Positions 9,039 to 19,020 of a stretch of DNA of 64,000 nt are shown here, one piece after another. The translations under genes were made by a program, and so were the position numbers. The notes beneath the pieces were generated by a model, which saw only the letters and a program-made list of their open reading frames with translations, made no database searches and was not told where the DNA came from. How positions within the stretch are numbered: the stretch's first letter is position 1; every line of letters begins with the position of its first letter. This stretch comes from Actinomycetota bacterium (GTDB lineage Bacteria > Actinomycetota > Acidimicrobiia > Acidimicrobiales > Ilumatobacteraceae). The DNA is taken from the NCBI GenBank assembly GCA_043753895.1, contig JAYUWK010000133.1, forward strand, positions 2,644 through 66,643, read 5' to 3'.

Positions 9039-9938
9039 ATGGATGTCGTGCTCGCAATCGATATCGGTGGCACGAAGATGGCCGCCGGGCTGATGACCAT
9101 GTCGGGCGAGCTCATCGATGTCGAACGTGTCGAGGTGGATCACGCCACGACCGCCGTCGGGGTCTTTGCTCAATTGGCCGAGATGGTCGAGTCGCAACTG
9201 GCGCGGGCCACGGGTCACCATCAGGCGCGGCCAGTGGTGGTCGGCGTTGGTTCTGCTGGTCCGCTCACCCAGAACTGCGAGACAGTGTCGCCGTTGAACA
9301 TCCGGGTCTGGCGCGATTTCCCGCTGCGCGAGCGCTTGCAGATCATCACCCAGCTGCCGGTGTATGGAGATCTCGACGCGAAGGCGTTGGCGCTGGCCGA
9401 GGGATGGGTCGGTGCGGCGCAGGGACGAAACAACTTCATGGCAATGGTGGTCTCCACCGGAGTCGGGGGCGGCATCGTGATCGATGGTCAGTTGCTCGAC
9501 GGCGCCACGGGCAACGCCGGCCACATCGGCCACGTGATCGTCGAACCGAACGGACGTCGATGTGCGTGCGGAGCGCGGGGGTGCCTCGAGGCCGAGGCGT
9601 CAGGCCCGGCGATCGAGGCCATCACGGGGCGCTCACCCACCGAGCCCACGTACGACATCATGGTGCGTACCGGCAAACTCGTCGGCCGCGGGGTTGCCTC
9701 GGTATGTAACGCACTCGACCTCGATCTCGTCGTGGTGGGCGGTTCCGTCGCACTCGGGTTCGGGGCAACGTTCTTCAACGCGGCTCAGGACAGCCTGTCC
9801 GAACACTGCCGGCTCAGCTTCAGTAAGGGTGTGCGCATCACGCCGGCGCGTTTGGGCGATCGCGGCCCGCTCATCGGCGCGGGTGCGGTGGGTCTGCGCG
9901 GTATGCATCGCGTCGCCCGACGCGCACCGTCGCGCTAG
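9039..9938 (+). CDS. ROK family sugar kinase/regulator-type protein (glucokinase-like)
   Basis: It has the N-terminal ATP-binding motif LAIDIGGTK. It also has the ROK zinc motif GHIGHVIVEPNGRRCACGARGCLEA. Confidence 0.85.
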   Translation: MDVVLAIDIGGTKMAAGLMTMSGELIDVERVEVDHATTAVGVFAQLAEMVESQLARATGHHQARPVVVGVGSAGPLTQNCETVSPLNIRVWRDFPLRERLQIITQLPVYGDLDAKALALAEGWVGAAQGRNNFMAMVVSTGVGGGIVIDGQLLDGATGNAGHIGHVIVEPNGRRCACGARGCLEAEASGPAIEAITGRSPTEPTYDIMVRTGKLVGRGVASVCNALDLDLVVVGGSVALGFGATFFNAAQDSLSEHCRLSFSKGVRITPARLGDRGPLIGAGAVGLRGMHRVARRAPSR

Positions 9939-9977
9939 GGGTGCGGTCGCCGTTGCCGCGGTGGCTACATTCTTCAG

Positions 9978-11534
9978 ATGGTTCAACTGCTGACGGAGTT
10001 CGACGACCGGTCCGATGACGCCGCGGTGATCGACGTCGATGGCGTCACCACCTGGGCACAGTTGAACGATCGCACCAACCGACTCGTGCACTCTTTGCGC
10101 AGCGCAGGGGTGCAGCCCGGAGATCGTGTCGCTTTGCTGGCGGGGAACCGACGTGAGATCGAAGAGGTCTATATCGCGTGCGCCAGCGCGGGCTGGCTGA
10201 CCGTACCGATCAACTGGCACTTCTCGCCCGACGAAGTTGCGTATGTGCTCGACGACAGCGGTGCCACTGCGCTCATCGTCGATGGTGAACTCGAAGACGT
10301 CGCGGCCGAGGCGCTCACTTTGTCGCCGACTGCCGCATCACGAGCTCGCCTCCTGATGACTGCTGCGCCCGGCGCGCCGTTCGTTTCCTACGAGCTCGCT
10401 CTGGCGTCGGCGAGGGGTGACGAACCTGACGAGCAGATGCACGGCGGCGTGATGTTTTACACATCGGGCACCACCGGGCGACCCAAGGGCGTGAAGAACA
10501 CCTCGTTCGCATTGGGTCTTCCGCCCGAGATTCTCAAGCTGAGTGCGGGCGCCATGGCCAGCGTGGGCATTCCGTCGCCGGGACGCACACTGCTGTGCGG
10601 CCCGCAGTATCACTCGGCGCAATGGGCGTTCTCGTTTCTTCCGCTCGTGGCCGGCACGACCGTGGTGATGCAGCGCAAATTCATCCCTGAGGAGACCCTC
10701 GAGCTCATCGATCGATACGCGATCACCAACGTGCACCTCGTGCCCACGCAGTTCGTACGCCTGCTTCGTGTCGATGGCGTGACCAAGCGCGACTTTCGGG
10801 GTGATTCATTGCAACTGGTATTGCACGGCGCAGCGCCGTGTGCACCATCGGTGAAGCGGGCGATGATCGACTGGTGGGGTTCGAAGGTGACCGAGTACTA
10901 CGGGGCTACCGAGGGAGGCGTGGTCACGATCATCTCTGCCGACGAGTGGCTCGTAAAGCCCGGTTCGGTTGGCCGGGCGATGCCGATCGTCGAGATCAAG
11001 ATCGTTGGCGATGACGACGTCGAGGCCGTAGCTGCACAGGAAGGCGTGATCCATGTGCGCAGCCTGCTCGGTAGCGATTTCGAGTACCTCAACGAACCCG
11101 CCAAGACGGCTGAGGCGCACCGTGAACCGGGCTTCTTCACGCTCGGCGACATCGGCTACGTCGACGCCGACGGCTACCTGTTCCTGAGCGATCGCAAGAT
11201 CGACATGATCATCTCCGGCGGCGTGAACATTTACCCAGCCGAGATCGAGGCGATCCTCATCACGCATCCCGCGATCATGGACGTTGCCGTGTTCGGCGTG
11301 CCCAACGACGAATTCGGCGAAGAGGTTCGCGCCGCAGTACAACTCACCCCGAACACGCGATACACGCCTGCTCTGGATCGCGATTTGAAGCAGATGGTCC
11401 GCGCCAAGATGGCCGGCTACAAAGTGCCCAAGAACATCGACGTAGTGGCCGAGATGCCGCGCAGCGAAGCGGGCAAATTGTTGAAGCGCCAATTGCGGGC
11501 TCCGTTCTGGGAAGGCAGCGGCCGCAAGATCTGA
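9978..11534 (+). CDS. AMP-dependent acyl-CoA synthetase/ligase
   Basis: It has the AMP-binding motif YTSGTTGRPKGV, a later YGATEGG, GDIGYVDADGYLFLSDRK, and the C-terminal K of the ANL (adenylate-forming) superfamily. Confidence 0.85.
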   Translation: MVQLLTEFDDRSDDAAVIDVDGVTTWAQLNDRTNRLVHSLRSAGVQPGDRVALLAGNRREIEEVYIACASAGWLTVPINWHFSPDEVAYVLDDSGATALIVDGELEDVAAEALTLSPTAASRARLLMTAAPGAPFVSYELALASARGDEPDEQMHGGVMFYTSGTTGRPKGVKNTSFALGLPPEILKLSAGAMASVGIPSPGRTLLCGPQYHSAQWAFSFLPLVAGTTVVMQRKFIPEETLELIDRYAITNVHLVPTQFVRLLRVDGVTKRDFRGDSLQLVLHGAAPCAPSVKRAMIDWWGSKVTEYYGATEGGVVTIISADEWLVKPGSVGRAMPIVEIKIVGDDDVEAVAAQEGVIHVRSLLGSDFEYLNEPAKTAEAHREPGFFTLGDIGYVDADGYLFLSDRKIDMIISGGVNIYPAEIEAILITHPAIMDVAVFGVPNDEFGEEVRAAVQLTPNTRYTPALDRDLKQMVRAKMAGYKVPKNIDVVAEMPRSEAGKLLKRQLRAPFWEGSGRKI

Positions 11535-11546
11535 CGGCGGCGCGGG

Positions 11547-12755
11547 TCAACCACCGAAGCCGCGATACACGCTCTCCAGCGGGCCGGTGCCCAAGAACCG
11601 GTGCCACAACGCGCCGAGCGTGATCGCGCACATCCAAAAGACCAAGCTGAACAGCAACGCCACATCCAGGCCGGTAGGGGTGACCCAGCCCCACCAGTAC
11701 ACGACTGCGTTGAAGACCAGCGCGTGACACACATAGATCGTGAGCGTCATCTGGCCGGCGTGCTGGAGCATACGCGTGCCCCACGCAGTGGGGTACGAAT
11801 CGGCCACCCACGAGATCACGCAGAACGCGACGACTGACGATCCGATTGCGCCGAACGTGTACAGAAGCCCACGGTCGAAGGGCCGCGTCGACAACAGCAG
11901 CGCCCATCGCGATGATCCAGTTCCGCTCGCTGCGCGCATCCCGAAATGACTGAGCAGGTAGGTGCCGGCAAGCAAGGCGGCTCCCACAGTGATCATGCGC
12001 CGCTTCGCGGTGGCATTCAGTGCAAGGAAGCGGCCGACTGCCATACCGACACAGAAGAAACACAACCAGGGAAACAGTGGGTGGGTGTACCCCGTGAAGG
12101 TGCGCAACAACAGGTTGCGCGGCGAGGTGACCTTGGGGTCGAGCCACGTCACGTCGTGACCGGTTCGAATGTGCTCGAAGTGGAACCACGAGATCGCCGC
12201 GCCCGCCAACGCGCTGATCGCGCCGATGGCAGCGATCCAGCGCAATCGCAACGTGAACAGCAGCGAGGCAACCATGAACAATGCGCCGTAATAGAACAGG
12301 ATGGTTCCCGGCCAGATCCACTCGAGTAGTAGTCCGCCGGAGTAGAGCAGCAGGCCGCGCCGGGCGAGTCGCCAGCGGTCATCGCGAATGCTCGCGGCGT
12401 CACCCGAGGCGCGGCTGCGGTTCGTCATCAGCGTCACACCCATACCGGCGACCATCACGAATGTGGCGGCGAACCGCGTGCTCAGCGGGCCTTGAGCTGG
12501 ATCGAAGATGCGCTCCCCGAGCGAGCGGTTGATGCCATCATCGCCGCGGTTCAGGAAGCCGTGATAATTCAGGATGACAACACCGACGAGGGCCAGCGCG
12601 CGGGTGACGTCGAGCCCCGGCAGGCGTGGCGCGCCGATGCGGTTCGTGGGCGGCGGCTCTGCATCGGAGTGGTGAGTCGTTACGACACCGTGATCGAGCG
12701 AGGGATCGACGCCGTGATCGACCGCACGGTCAGTCATTGATCCATTCCAGTTCAT
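11547..12755 (-). CDS. Polytopic membrane protein, DUF418/YeiB-like (acyltransferase-like fold)
   Basis: It has about 10 predicted helices and the N-terminal motif RLPGLDVTRALALVGVVILNYHGF, typical of this family. The start is uncertain (12755 or 12737). Confidence 0.5.
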   Translation of the reverse strand: MNWNGSMTDRAVDHGVDPSLDHGVVTTHHSDAEPPPTNRIGAPRLPGLDVTRALALVGVVILNYHGFLNRGDDGINRSLGERIFDPAQGPLSTRFAATFVMVAGMGVTLMTNRSRASGDAASIRDDRWRLARRGLLLYSGGLLLEWIWPGTILFYYGALFMVASLLFTLRLRWIAAIGAISALAGAAISWFHFEHIRTGHDVTWLDPKVTSPRNLLLRTFTGYTHPLFPWLCFFCVGMAVGRFLALNATAKRRMITVGAALLAGTYLLSHFGMRAASGTGSSRWALLLSTRPFDRGLLYTFGAIGSSVVAFCVISWVADSYPTAWGTRMLQHAGQMTLTIYVCHALVFNAVVYWWGWVTPTGLDVALLFSLVFWMCAITLGALWHRFLGTGPLESVYRGFGG

Positions 12756-13689
12756 CGGCGTTGGTGAGCGTCAGCGGGCACTGGACATCGACACCGTCGC
12801 CGACAACAGGGCAGGCATTGTCGGCGGGCACGAACAGCATCGAGGTATGCATATGCGATGGCTCGATCAGATGCAGCCGTTGACGTGCGAAGTGGAACGG
12901 GCTGCGACCATCGTGAAGGGGCCGAACACCGTGCGACGAACCAGCCGCGGCCAACACCACATGCCCCCTGCCCGGCACTGCCACACCTCGGTAGCCCACG
13001 GTGTCGCCGGCGTCGACTCGATACACGTCGAGCACCTGTGCGCTGAGCTGCACCGTCGACTTATCGCCCAGCCACAGGGCTGTGCCGCAACGGATGTTGA
13101 ACGAGCGATCGGGATGTTGTTCGATGAGACGCGCATATGCGTGTGCATCGAGGTGGCTCAGCGCGACCGGCAGTTTGGGGTCGAGGAGCGGGAGCCATCG
13201 CTCGACCTCGGCGACGTGATCGAGCGACGATCCCACCAATGGAAAGTGCAGCGCGTAGCCGGTAATGGCGCAGTCCGCGCCACGTGCAGTCGCAAGCAGA
13301 GCTTCGAGGCCGCGTAGTTCTACGCCATAGCGACGCATGCTGGATTGCAGCTTCACGACGACATGACGCTGCCACTGTCGGCTCGGCAGTGCTTGCACAT
13401 GATCGGCGCTACCAATGGTGAGGGTGACGTCCCGGGGGGCGGTGATTGGTAGCTCGCCCAGATGGGGCGTGAGTACCAATGCCGTGCGGTCGGGCGGCAC
13501 GTCGCCCGCCTCGAACACAGTGCCCACGGCGATCGTGTCTGCCAGCGCAGCAGCCATGGGCATCAGCGTCGCCCGGCTGAAGCCGTAGCCGTTGCCCTTG
13601 ACCACCGGAAGCAGGCCAGGGTGCAGTTCGGCGCACGCCTGAACGGCGTGTTGCCAGGCCTGTTGGCGAACACGGAGACGAAGACCCAT
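12730..13689 (-). CDS. Alanine racemase-like PLP enzyme (N-terminal TIM-barrel type)
   Basis: The motif PVVKGNGYGFS resembles the PLP-lysine motif (VKANAYGHG) of alanine racemases. The length of 319 aa is shorter than a canonical Alr. Confidence 0.5.
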   Translation of the reverse strand: MGLRLRVRQQAWQHAVQACAELHPGLLPVVKGNGYGFSRATLMPMAAALADTIAVGTVFEAGDVPPDRTALVLTPHLGELPITAPRDVTLTIGSADHVQALPSRQWQRHVVVKLQSSMRRYGVELRGLEALLATARGADCAITGYALHFPLVGSSLDHVAEVERWLPLLDPKLPVALSHLDAHAYARLIEQHPDRSFNIRCGTALWLGDKSTVQLSAQVLDVYRVDAGDTVGYRGVAVPGRGHVVLAAAGSSHGVRPLHDGRSPFHFARQRLHLIEPSHMHTSMLFVPADNACPVVGDGVDVQCPLTLTNADELEWIND

Positions 13690-13783
13690 AGGGACCAGAC
13701 GGTAGTGCCATCAACGCTGAGCGGGGGGTACATCGGCAATTCCCGAGTTGTCTGATCGGGTTTGTCGGTCTACGCTCGCAGCC

Positions 13784-14314
13784 ATGCGCACACTGTTCCG
13801 TTTCCCGAATCCGGTCAACGAAGTCTCGGCCCGGCTGGTCGCTGGTGGCGTGGTCGTGCAGGGCGTCGCATTTCTCGTCTTTCGGCAGTGGTGGTTGCTC
13901 GTTCCGCTTGCTTATGGCTTCGTCGCACGGGTGCTCACGGGTCCAACGTTGAGCCCTCTCGGCCAGTTCGTGACCCGCGCCGTCACCCCTCGCATCGGTG
14001 CCAACGGCCGGCTCGTCCCCGGACCGCCGAAGCGATTCGCGCAGGGCATCGGCGCAACGCTGTCGGCGGGTGCGGCTGTTGCGTGGGCGTTCGGTTCGCC
14101 CGGCACGACGATGATCCTCGTCGCGGGCATCACGTTCGCGGCGACCTTTGAGTCGGTGTTTTCGTTCTGCTTCGGTTGCGTGATCTTCAATCGGCTGATC
14201 CGTTGGGGAGTCATCCCACCCGAGGTCTGCGAGTCATGCAACGACATCTCGAGCCGATGGGCCAACGCTGCGCCAATGTATGCGGATCAGGAGTCAGTGA
14301 CTTCGACCCGATAA
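13784..14314 (+). CDS. DUF4395-family membrane protein
   Basis: It has FPNPVNEVSARLVAGGVV at the N-terminus and a conserved FCFGC...CESCND Cys-rich C-terminus. The ATG at 13784 is preferred to the TTG at 13748. Confidence 0.55.
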   Translation: MRTLFRFPNPVNEVSARLVAGGVVVQGVAFLVFRQWWLLVPLAYGFVARVLTGPTLSPLGQFVTRAVTPRIGANGRLVPGPPKRFAQGIGATLSAGAAVAWAFGSPGTTMILVAGITFAATFESVFSFCFGCVIFNRLIRWGVIPPEVCESCNDISSRWANAAPMYADQESVTSTR

Positions 14315-15750
14315 TGCGGCGCGTGGCGCGATGGGTTGACGCGAGCGGCAGCATGGGGCCACGAGGTCAGGTCCGGTCGTAGCGCGTCGAGAGAACGTGC
14401 TGCGATGCAGCCCTGCCAGAGCCCAGCGCCGTAGGCGATGTCGTCGAGGGCTCGAATCGCGACGTAGCGGACCGGATCGATGGGTGGGCGCTTGGTCAGC
14501 CAATCGATGGCTGCCGGGGCAGTGAACGCAACGAGCGCGACTCGACGAGCACGCTTCGAGAGCACGGCAGCCATGAGCGTGAGCGGCCACCAAGCACGCG
14601 AGAGACCCGTCGCAAGTGACCGGCCGGCGAAGATGTGACCGAGCGCCGCAAGCCGTATGGCCTCGCGCCCGCCGTCGGGGATCGTACGCAACTTGCGTGC
14701 GAGGAGTGCGGTGGTGACGGCAGCGACCGCCCCACCTACGACCGGCCAACCCGCGGCGACGGCGAGCCACGACGCAACGCTCCAAGCGCTGACCCGCACC
14801 GGAGCGAGCGCGCCCTGATGACGTTGTGCAAGCGGCGCCGCCGAGGTGCCGTAGCTGCATCGCTGCCGTGTCCACTGGATCCACGAAGTACGCGGTTGAT
14901 GACGCACCGTCACGGCCGGCTCGAAACGAATCTGCCAACCGGCTTGATCGAGACGCCAGACGAGATCCACGTCCTCGCCGACGCGCATCGCGGAATCGAA
15001 GCCGTCGACCGCCCGTAGGGCATCGACACGACACACCATCAGCGCTGCCGGCACGTAGCTCACGCGCGTGCCGGCACGTACCCGCGCTGGCTCATCACCG
15101 AGGTCAAGCGGAGAACGCGCAACCTCGTATCGAGCAAGCAACGACGAGCCCGGTGCGCTTGCGACGCGTGGTGCGACGAGCGCAACACGCGTATCGGCGA
15201 AGTGGTCGAGCAACGGTGCCAACCAGTCGGGTCCCAACTCCATATCGGTGTCCACGAAGGCGACGAGTGGAGTCTTCGCCAGCGCAAGGCCGATGGCGCG
15301 CGCGACACCGGGGCCACCGTTGACACTGGCCCGTACGACGGTGGCTCCGTCAACGTCGGCGATTGGCGTGGTACTTGCATCGTCAACAATCAGAACCGCG
15401 TCAATCGCAGCACCGCCGTGGGCCCGGCACTGTTGTACGAGTCGGCGCTGTGCGTCGGTGGATGTGTTGTAGGCCGGAATGACCACGGTTACCGTGCCTG
15501 CCGTTGACGCATCGGACGTGATCGTGCCATCGAAGGTGGGGTGCAGTACCCCGGCATCGACCAGTCGATCGAGCAGGCGGCTCACCGGCGGTGACATCTC
15601 GATCGCCTGCCCCGACTCGATGTTGTCGAGCAGGCCGGCGCCCGCTCCGGTGAGACGGAACAGCTTCAGGGGTGATCCGCCGACGAGGACGGTTCCGCTG
15701 CCGACGCGTCGGACCGAAGCATCGATGACGTAGCGGCGCGACTGGTTCAT
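14287..15750 (-). CDS. mftF: Mycofactocin-system glycosyltransferase (GT2 with a C-terminal membrane domain)
   Basis: It has the N-terminal RRVGSGTVLVGGSPLKLFRLTGAG element, a GT2 core (VTVVIPAYN...IVDDAS...VAFVDTD) and C-terminal TM helices. It is coupled to the mftE-like gene by an ATGA start/stop overlap. Confidence 0.7.
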   Translation of the reverse strand: MNQSRRYVIDASVRRVGSGTVLVGGSPLKLFRLTGAGAGLLDNIESGQAIEMSPPVSRLLDRLVDAGVLHPTFDGTITSDASTAGTVTVVIPAYNTSTDAQRRLVQQCRAHGGAAIDAVLIVDDASTTPIADVDGATVVRASVNGGPGVARAIGLALAKTPLVAFVDTDMELGPDWLAPLLDHFADTRVALVAPRVASAPGSSLLARYEVARSPLDLGDEPARVRAGTRVSYVPAALMVCRVDALRAVDGFDSAMRVGEDVDLVWRLDQAGWQIRFEPAVTVRHQPRTSWIQWTRQRCSYGTSAAPLAQRHQGALAPVRVSAWSVASWLAVAAGWPVVGGAVAAVTTALLARKLRTIPDGGREAIRLAALGHIFAGRSLATGLSRAWWPLTLMAAVLSKRARRVALVAFTAPAAIDWLTKRPPIDPVRYVAIRALDDIAYGAGLWQGCIAARSLDALRPDLTSWPHAAARVNPSRHAPHYRVEVTDS

Positions 15751-16454
15751 CGAGCCCATGCATCGAAGCAACGAATGAGGTCCTGCGCCAACTGACGAAG
15801 CAACAGGGCACCCTCGTCGGCAGTGGCTCCCGTGGGGTCGCCGAGTACGCCGCTGGGACTCACCGCCGCAACACCTCCGGAGCGCAGTGCGGGCAGTATT
15901 TCGGGAAGGGGATCGATGCGGCCAGGCGAGGCCTCATCGAGATGAACCATCTCGGGAGCAATGGCGAGCATCAACGACGTTTCGGTTCGTCCCGCGTGCG
16001 CATCGCCATCGTCGATGCGAGGCCACCATGGCAGCACGTGTCGTCCTTCGCGATTGAGTATCTCCGTCGCAGCATTCACTGCTGCCAGGTTGCCGCCATG
16101 GCCATTCACGAACACGATGCCTGCGGCCCAGTCGGCCGAGCGCACCAGTTCGATCAGAACCATCTCGAGCGCCGCGGTGCCGATGGACAACGTGCCGGCG
16201 AAACCCTTGTGCTCTCCGCTCGCCGTGATTCCGAGCGGCGGGGCGATCAGCACACGTGGTCGGGCTGTCGCCAATGCGGTCGCGACGGCGTTGGCGATGC
16301 GTGTATCGGTGTCGAGGGGCAGATGCGGGCCATGTTGTTCGCACGATCCGATCGGCAGGGCAAGCACCGTCGGTAGCTGGGACCTCTCGGCGAGATCGGT
16401 CCATGTGGCGTCCGCCAGCAAGCCGGAGTTGATCGGTCGGGCGGACTGGCTCAT
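15747..16454 (-). CDS. mftE: Creatininase-family peptidase, mycofactocin MftE-like
   Basis: It has LPIGSCEQHGPHLPLDTDTRIA, a later VNGHGGN and HAGRTETS (creatininase-fold metal ligands). It sits directly upstream of the MftF-like glycosyltransferase. Confidence 0.7.
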   Translation of the reverse strand: MSQSARPINSGLLADATWTDLAERSQLPTVLALPIGSCEQHGPHLPLDTDTRIANAVATALATARPRVLIAPPLGITASGEHKGFAGTLSIGTAALEMVLIELVRSADWAAGIVFVNGHGGNLAAVNAATEILNREGRHVLPWWPRIDDGDAHAGRTETSLMLAIAPEMVHLDEASPGRIDPLPEILPALRSGGVAAVSPSGVLGDPTGATADEGALLLRQLAQDLIRCFDAWAR

Positions 16455-16536
16455 CGCAACGTGACGCTAACGGAATCGCCCACGGACTCAGCACGGCGCG
16501 CCACGGTGGGGCGCTGCTGGGTCAGGCGCTGTCGGG

Positions 16537-18150
16537 TCAGGCGTCTCCGATGCAGAACTCGTATCCCTCGCGGGTACCGACGTAGATGCGACCCTTCCAG
16601 ATTGCCATTGACGACTCGACATTGTCGCCGATGTCGATCCGCCACTTCATCGGTGGCGCGATGGCGGTGTTGGAAATGTCCCATGCGCGGATCACTCCCT
16701 GCGCGTCGGCGAAGAGGAGCGTGTCGTCCACCACCGATGGTGAGCCGAGATTGCCCCAGGCTGTGTCGAGTGTCCAGCGAATGCCGCCGGTGGTTCGATC
16801 GAGCGCGTAGATCTTGCCCGGCTTGGTGGGCCAGATCACGATGTCGTTGTAGATCGCGGGTGTCGACCACGTGCCGCTGTCGACACCGTTGTTCACGTCG
16901 ATCGCCCACACAACGGGATCATCGGGATTCGAGGGGTCGAGCTTGAGGAGCTGACCCACCGTTCGACTACGTGCGGTGTCGCGATCCACCTCCGCACCCA
17001 CGTAGAGGAACCCCTTCTCATCGGTGACGATGGTGGCGTCGCTGTCGTCGCCTGTCCAGTAGCGGAACACACGCGTCACCTGCCCTACACCGGTACGTAG
17101 ACTCGACAGGTCCCAACCCTGTACGAGCCCGCCGCTGTTGTTAAGGTAGGCGATGTCGCTGCTCATTGCCACGCTGCTCTCGAGGCTGACCCGCTTGGGA
17201 TCCTTGCCCCCGAGGTCGCGAATCAGTTGGTCTTCCCAACCCTGCACTCTGGCCACCATGCTCGGCTGCACGGTGACGGTGCCATCGGGCGCATAGGCGC
17301 GGTTGATCTTCGCGACATGGATCCAGCTGTTCTCGCCACCCTCGATGAGATAGTCGTTGAGCACGAGCGCGGCGGCATCCCAATCGTCGTTGTGCATACG
17401 ATCGGCAGTGTGGCCTTGGATGCTCCAGAGTTCCTTTGCCTCAGAGCCGTCGAAGGAGATGATGCGGAACTTGTTGTCGCGCGATCCTTCGTACAGCAGG
17501 GGATAGCCGTCGGGATCGATCGTGACGTTGCCCTTGGCCAGATCGCCGGTGACAAACGGTGGAATGATGTCGTTGCCGGTGGCCGCATCGACGAAGTAGA
17601 TCTTGTAGTCGTAGGCGCCAAAGACCACCCACGTTCGGCCGCCGCGTTCGAACACGGCTGGCTGACCGGTCCAGCCGGTGCCGCACCATTTCCGCGTGAC
17701 GCCGTATTCGCTGCTCGTTCCGCACATCGGCTTGCCGGCTTGCGGGTACTGCCACAGCACTTTCGGGTTGCTGGGTATGGGTCCGGTGCCGTCGAACGAA
17801 CGGGTGGGATTGCCGCGAAACGTGAGCATTCCCTGCACCGCTGTGCCCCACGGTTGGTGGAAGCTGTTGGGGTCGACGAGCACATCGGTTCGGGGAACAA
17901 ACCGCGTTGTGGTGGTGGGCGCGATGGAGGCGGCGTTACCCGTGGTGTTGCTCGCAGCGTCATTGCTGGCAGCGTTGTTCGCCTGGGAGCCGGCAGAGTT
18001 GTTCGCCCCGGACGCGCTCCCGCTCGGCATGGTCGCGGCGAGCACCGCGCCTCCGCGCATGGCGTCACGCAGCGTCTGATCGAGCCGGTTGCCCATCGAC
18101 GACAGCAGTGTTGCGGCAGCGCCCACGAGGACCCCGAATCGTGACCACAT
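16537..18150 (-). CDS. Secreted PQQ-like/BamB-like beta-propeller repeat protein
   Basis: It has an N-terminal hydrophobic signal/anchor and an Asn/Ala/Ser linker. Repeated propeller blades follow (YKIYFVDAATGNDI, GKIYALDRTTGGIRWTL, GVIRAWDIS). Confidence 0.65.
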   Translation of the reverse strand: MWSRFGVLVGAAATLLSSMGNRLDQTLRDAMRGGAVLAATMPSGSASGANNSAGSQANNAASNDAASNTTGNAASIAPTTTTRFVPRTDVLVDPNSFHQPWGTAVQGMLTFRGNPTRSFDGTGPIPSNPKVLWQYPQAGKPMCGTSSEYGVTRKWCGTGWTGQPAVFERGGRTWVVFGAYDYKIYFVDAATGNDIIPPFVTGDLAKGNVTIDPDGYPLLYEGSRDNKFRIISFDGSEAKELWSIQGHTADRMHNDDWDAAALVLNDYLIEGGENSWIHVAKINRAYAPDGTVTVQPSMVARVQGWEDQLIRDLGGKDPKRVSLESSVAMSSDIAYLNNSGGLVQGWDLSSLRTGVGQVTRVFRYWTGDDSDATIVTDEKGFLYVGAEVDRDTARSRTVGQLLKLDPSNPDDPVVWAIDVNNGVDSGTWSTPAIYNDIVIWPTKPGKIYALDRTTGGIRWTLDTAWGNLGSPSVVDDTLLFADAQGVIRAWDISNTAIAPPMKWRIDIGDNVESSMAIWKGRIYVGTREGYEFCIGDA

Positions 18151-18159
18151 ACGGCCAAG

Positions 18160-19020
18160 TTAGTGGGTGAGATATCCCCACTCGCGGAGGGCCGCGAGCA
18201 CTCGCTCGGCCGCGTCGGACGGCTCGAGAACAACGGTTTCGCCGTGACCTGCGGATGTGTTCGCCTCGGTGATGGCCCGCACCCGGTCGAGTGCTGTCGT
18301 TCCAGCGGGGGCGGTGAGTGCACGCGGGCGGGGACGATACGGGCGAGCCAGGGAGACCACACTTTCCGGAGCGATCGGTGCAACGCCCGGCAGTATCTCG
18401 ATGTGTTTCGTGCCGAGCAGCGACCGAAGCGATCCACGGCGCAGACGCGCCGTGGATCCTTCCACGGAGGCAACGATGGGGCTGAGCATCGCCAGTCGTT
18501 CGCGGCGGCCTCCGTCGAGCCGACGCAGGGCAGTGGTGTCTGCTGGTGAGCGGAGTTCGATGGCGATCAGACCGAGGGCTTGCGCGAAACCGAGTTCGTG
18601 GGCCAAGAACGCTGGCACAGAACCCGTGCCGCGATCGGGTGAGTAGTCGCCACACAGCACCACGGAGGCATGAGCAACGAGCGGGGCGATGCACGCTGCC
18701 ACAACGCGACTGGCGGTACCGAAGGGCATGTCGACCCGGATCGCGCGATCGGCGCCGGCCACCAGCGCGTCGTTGAGAATGGCATCGGCAGCCAACGGGC
18801 CGACGGTGATGGCAACGACCTCGGAGTGTGCTTCAGAACCCGCGCCCGGTCGTGCGCCTGATCCGTTGCGAGACCAGGCATCGCGGCACCGCAACGCCCA
18901 CTCGAGTGCCGCCTGATCGGCGGCAGAGACCCCGGCGAATCGCGCATCGGGCGAACTCGGCGCGCCGTACTCGTCGAACTCGGGTCGATGATCGACCCAC
19001 TTCAGACACACCGCAATCAT
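18160..19020 (-). CDS. etfB: Electron transfer flavoprotein beta subunit (FixA/EtfB-like)
   Basis: The reading starts at MIAVCLKWVDHRPEF. It has the ETF-beta pattern (ITVGP...ALVAGADRAIRV...VLCGDYSPDRGTGSVPAFLAHELG). Its ATG overlaps the fixX stop (ATGA). Confidence 0.8.
   Translation of the reverse strand: MIAVCLKWVDHRPEFDEYGAPSSPDARFAGVSAADQAALEWALRCRDAWSRNGSGARPGAGSEAHSEVVAITVGPLAADAILNDALVAGADRAIRVDMPFGTASRVVAACIAPLVAHASVVLCGDYSPDRGTGSVPAFLAHELGFAQALGLIAIELRSPADTTALRRLDGGRRERLAMLSPIVASVEGSTARLRRGSLRSLLGTKHIEILPGVAPIAPESVVSLARPYRPRPRALTAPAGTTALDRVRAITEANTSAGHGETVVLEPSDAAERVLAALREWGYLTH

Noticed and set aside
14287-14314. Convergent CDS overlaps: DUF4395/mftF by 28 nt, and monooxygenase/LLM at 44591..44600.
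   Set aside because: Short convergent overlaps are common in compact high-GC genomes, and nothing further suggests an antisense regulatory role.
16455-16536. A search for an MftA-like precursor peptide ORF upstream of mftE.
   Set aside because: The gap has no ORF with a start codon, and no C-terminal Gly-Val-Tyr-type ending in any frame.
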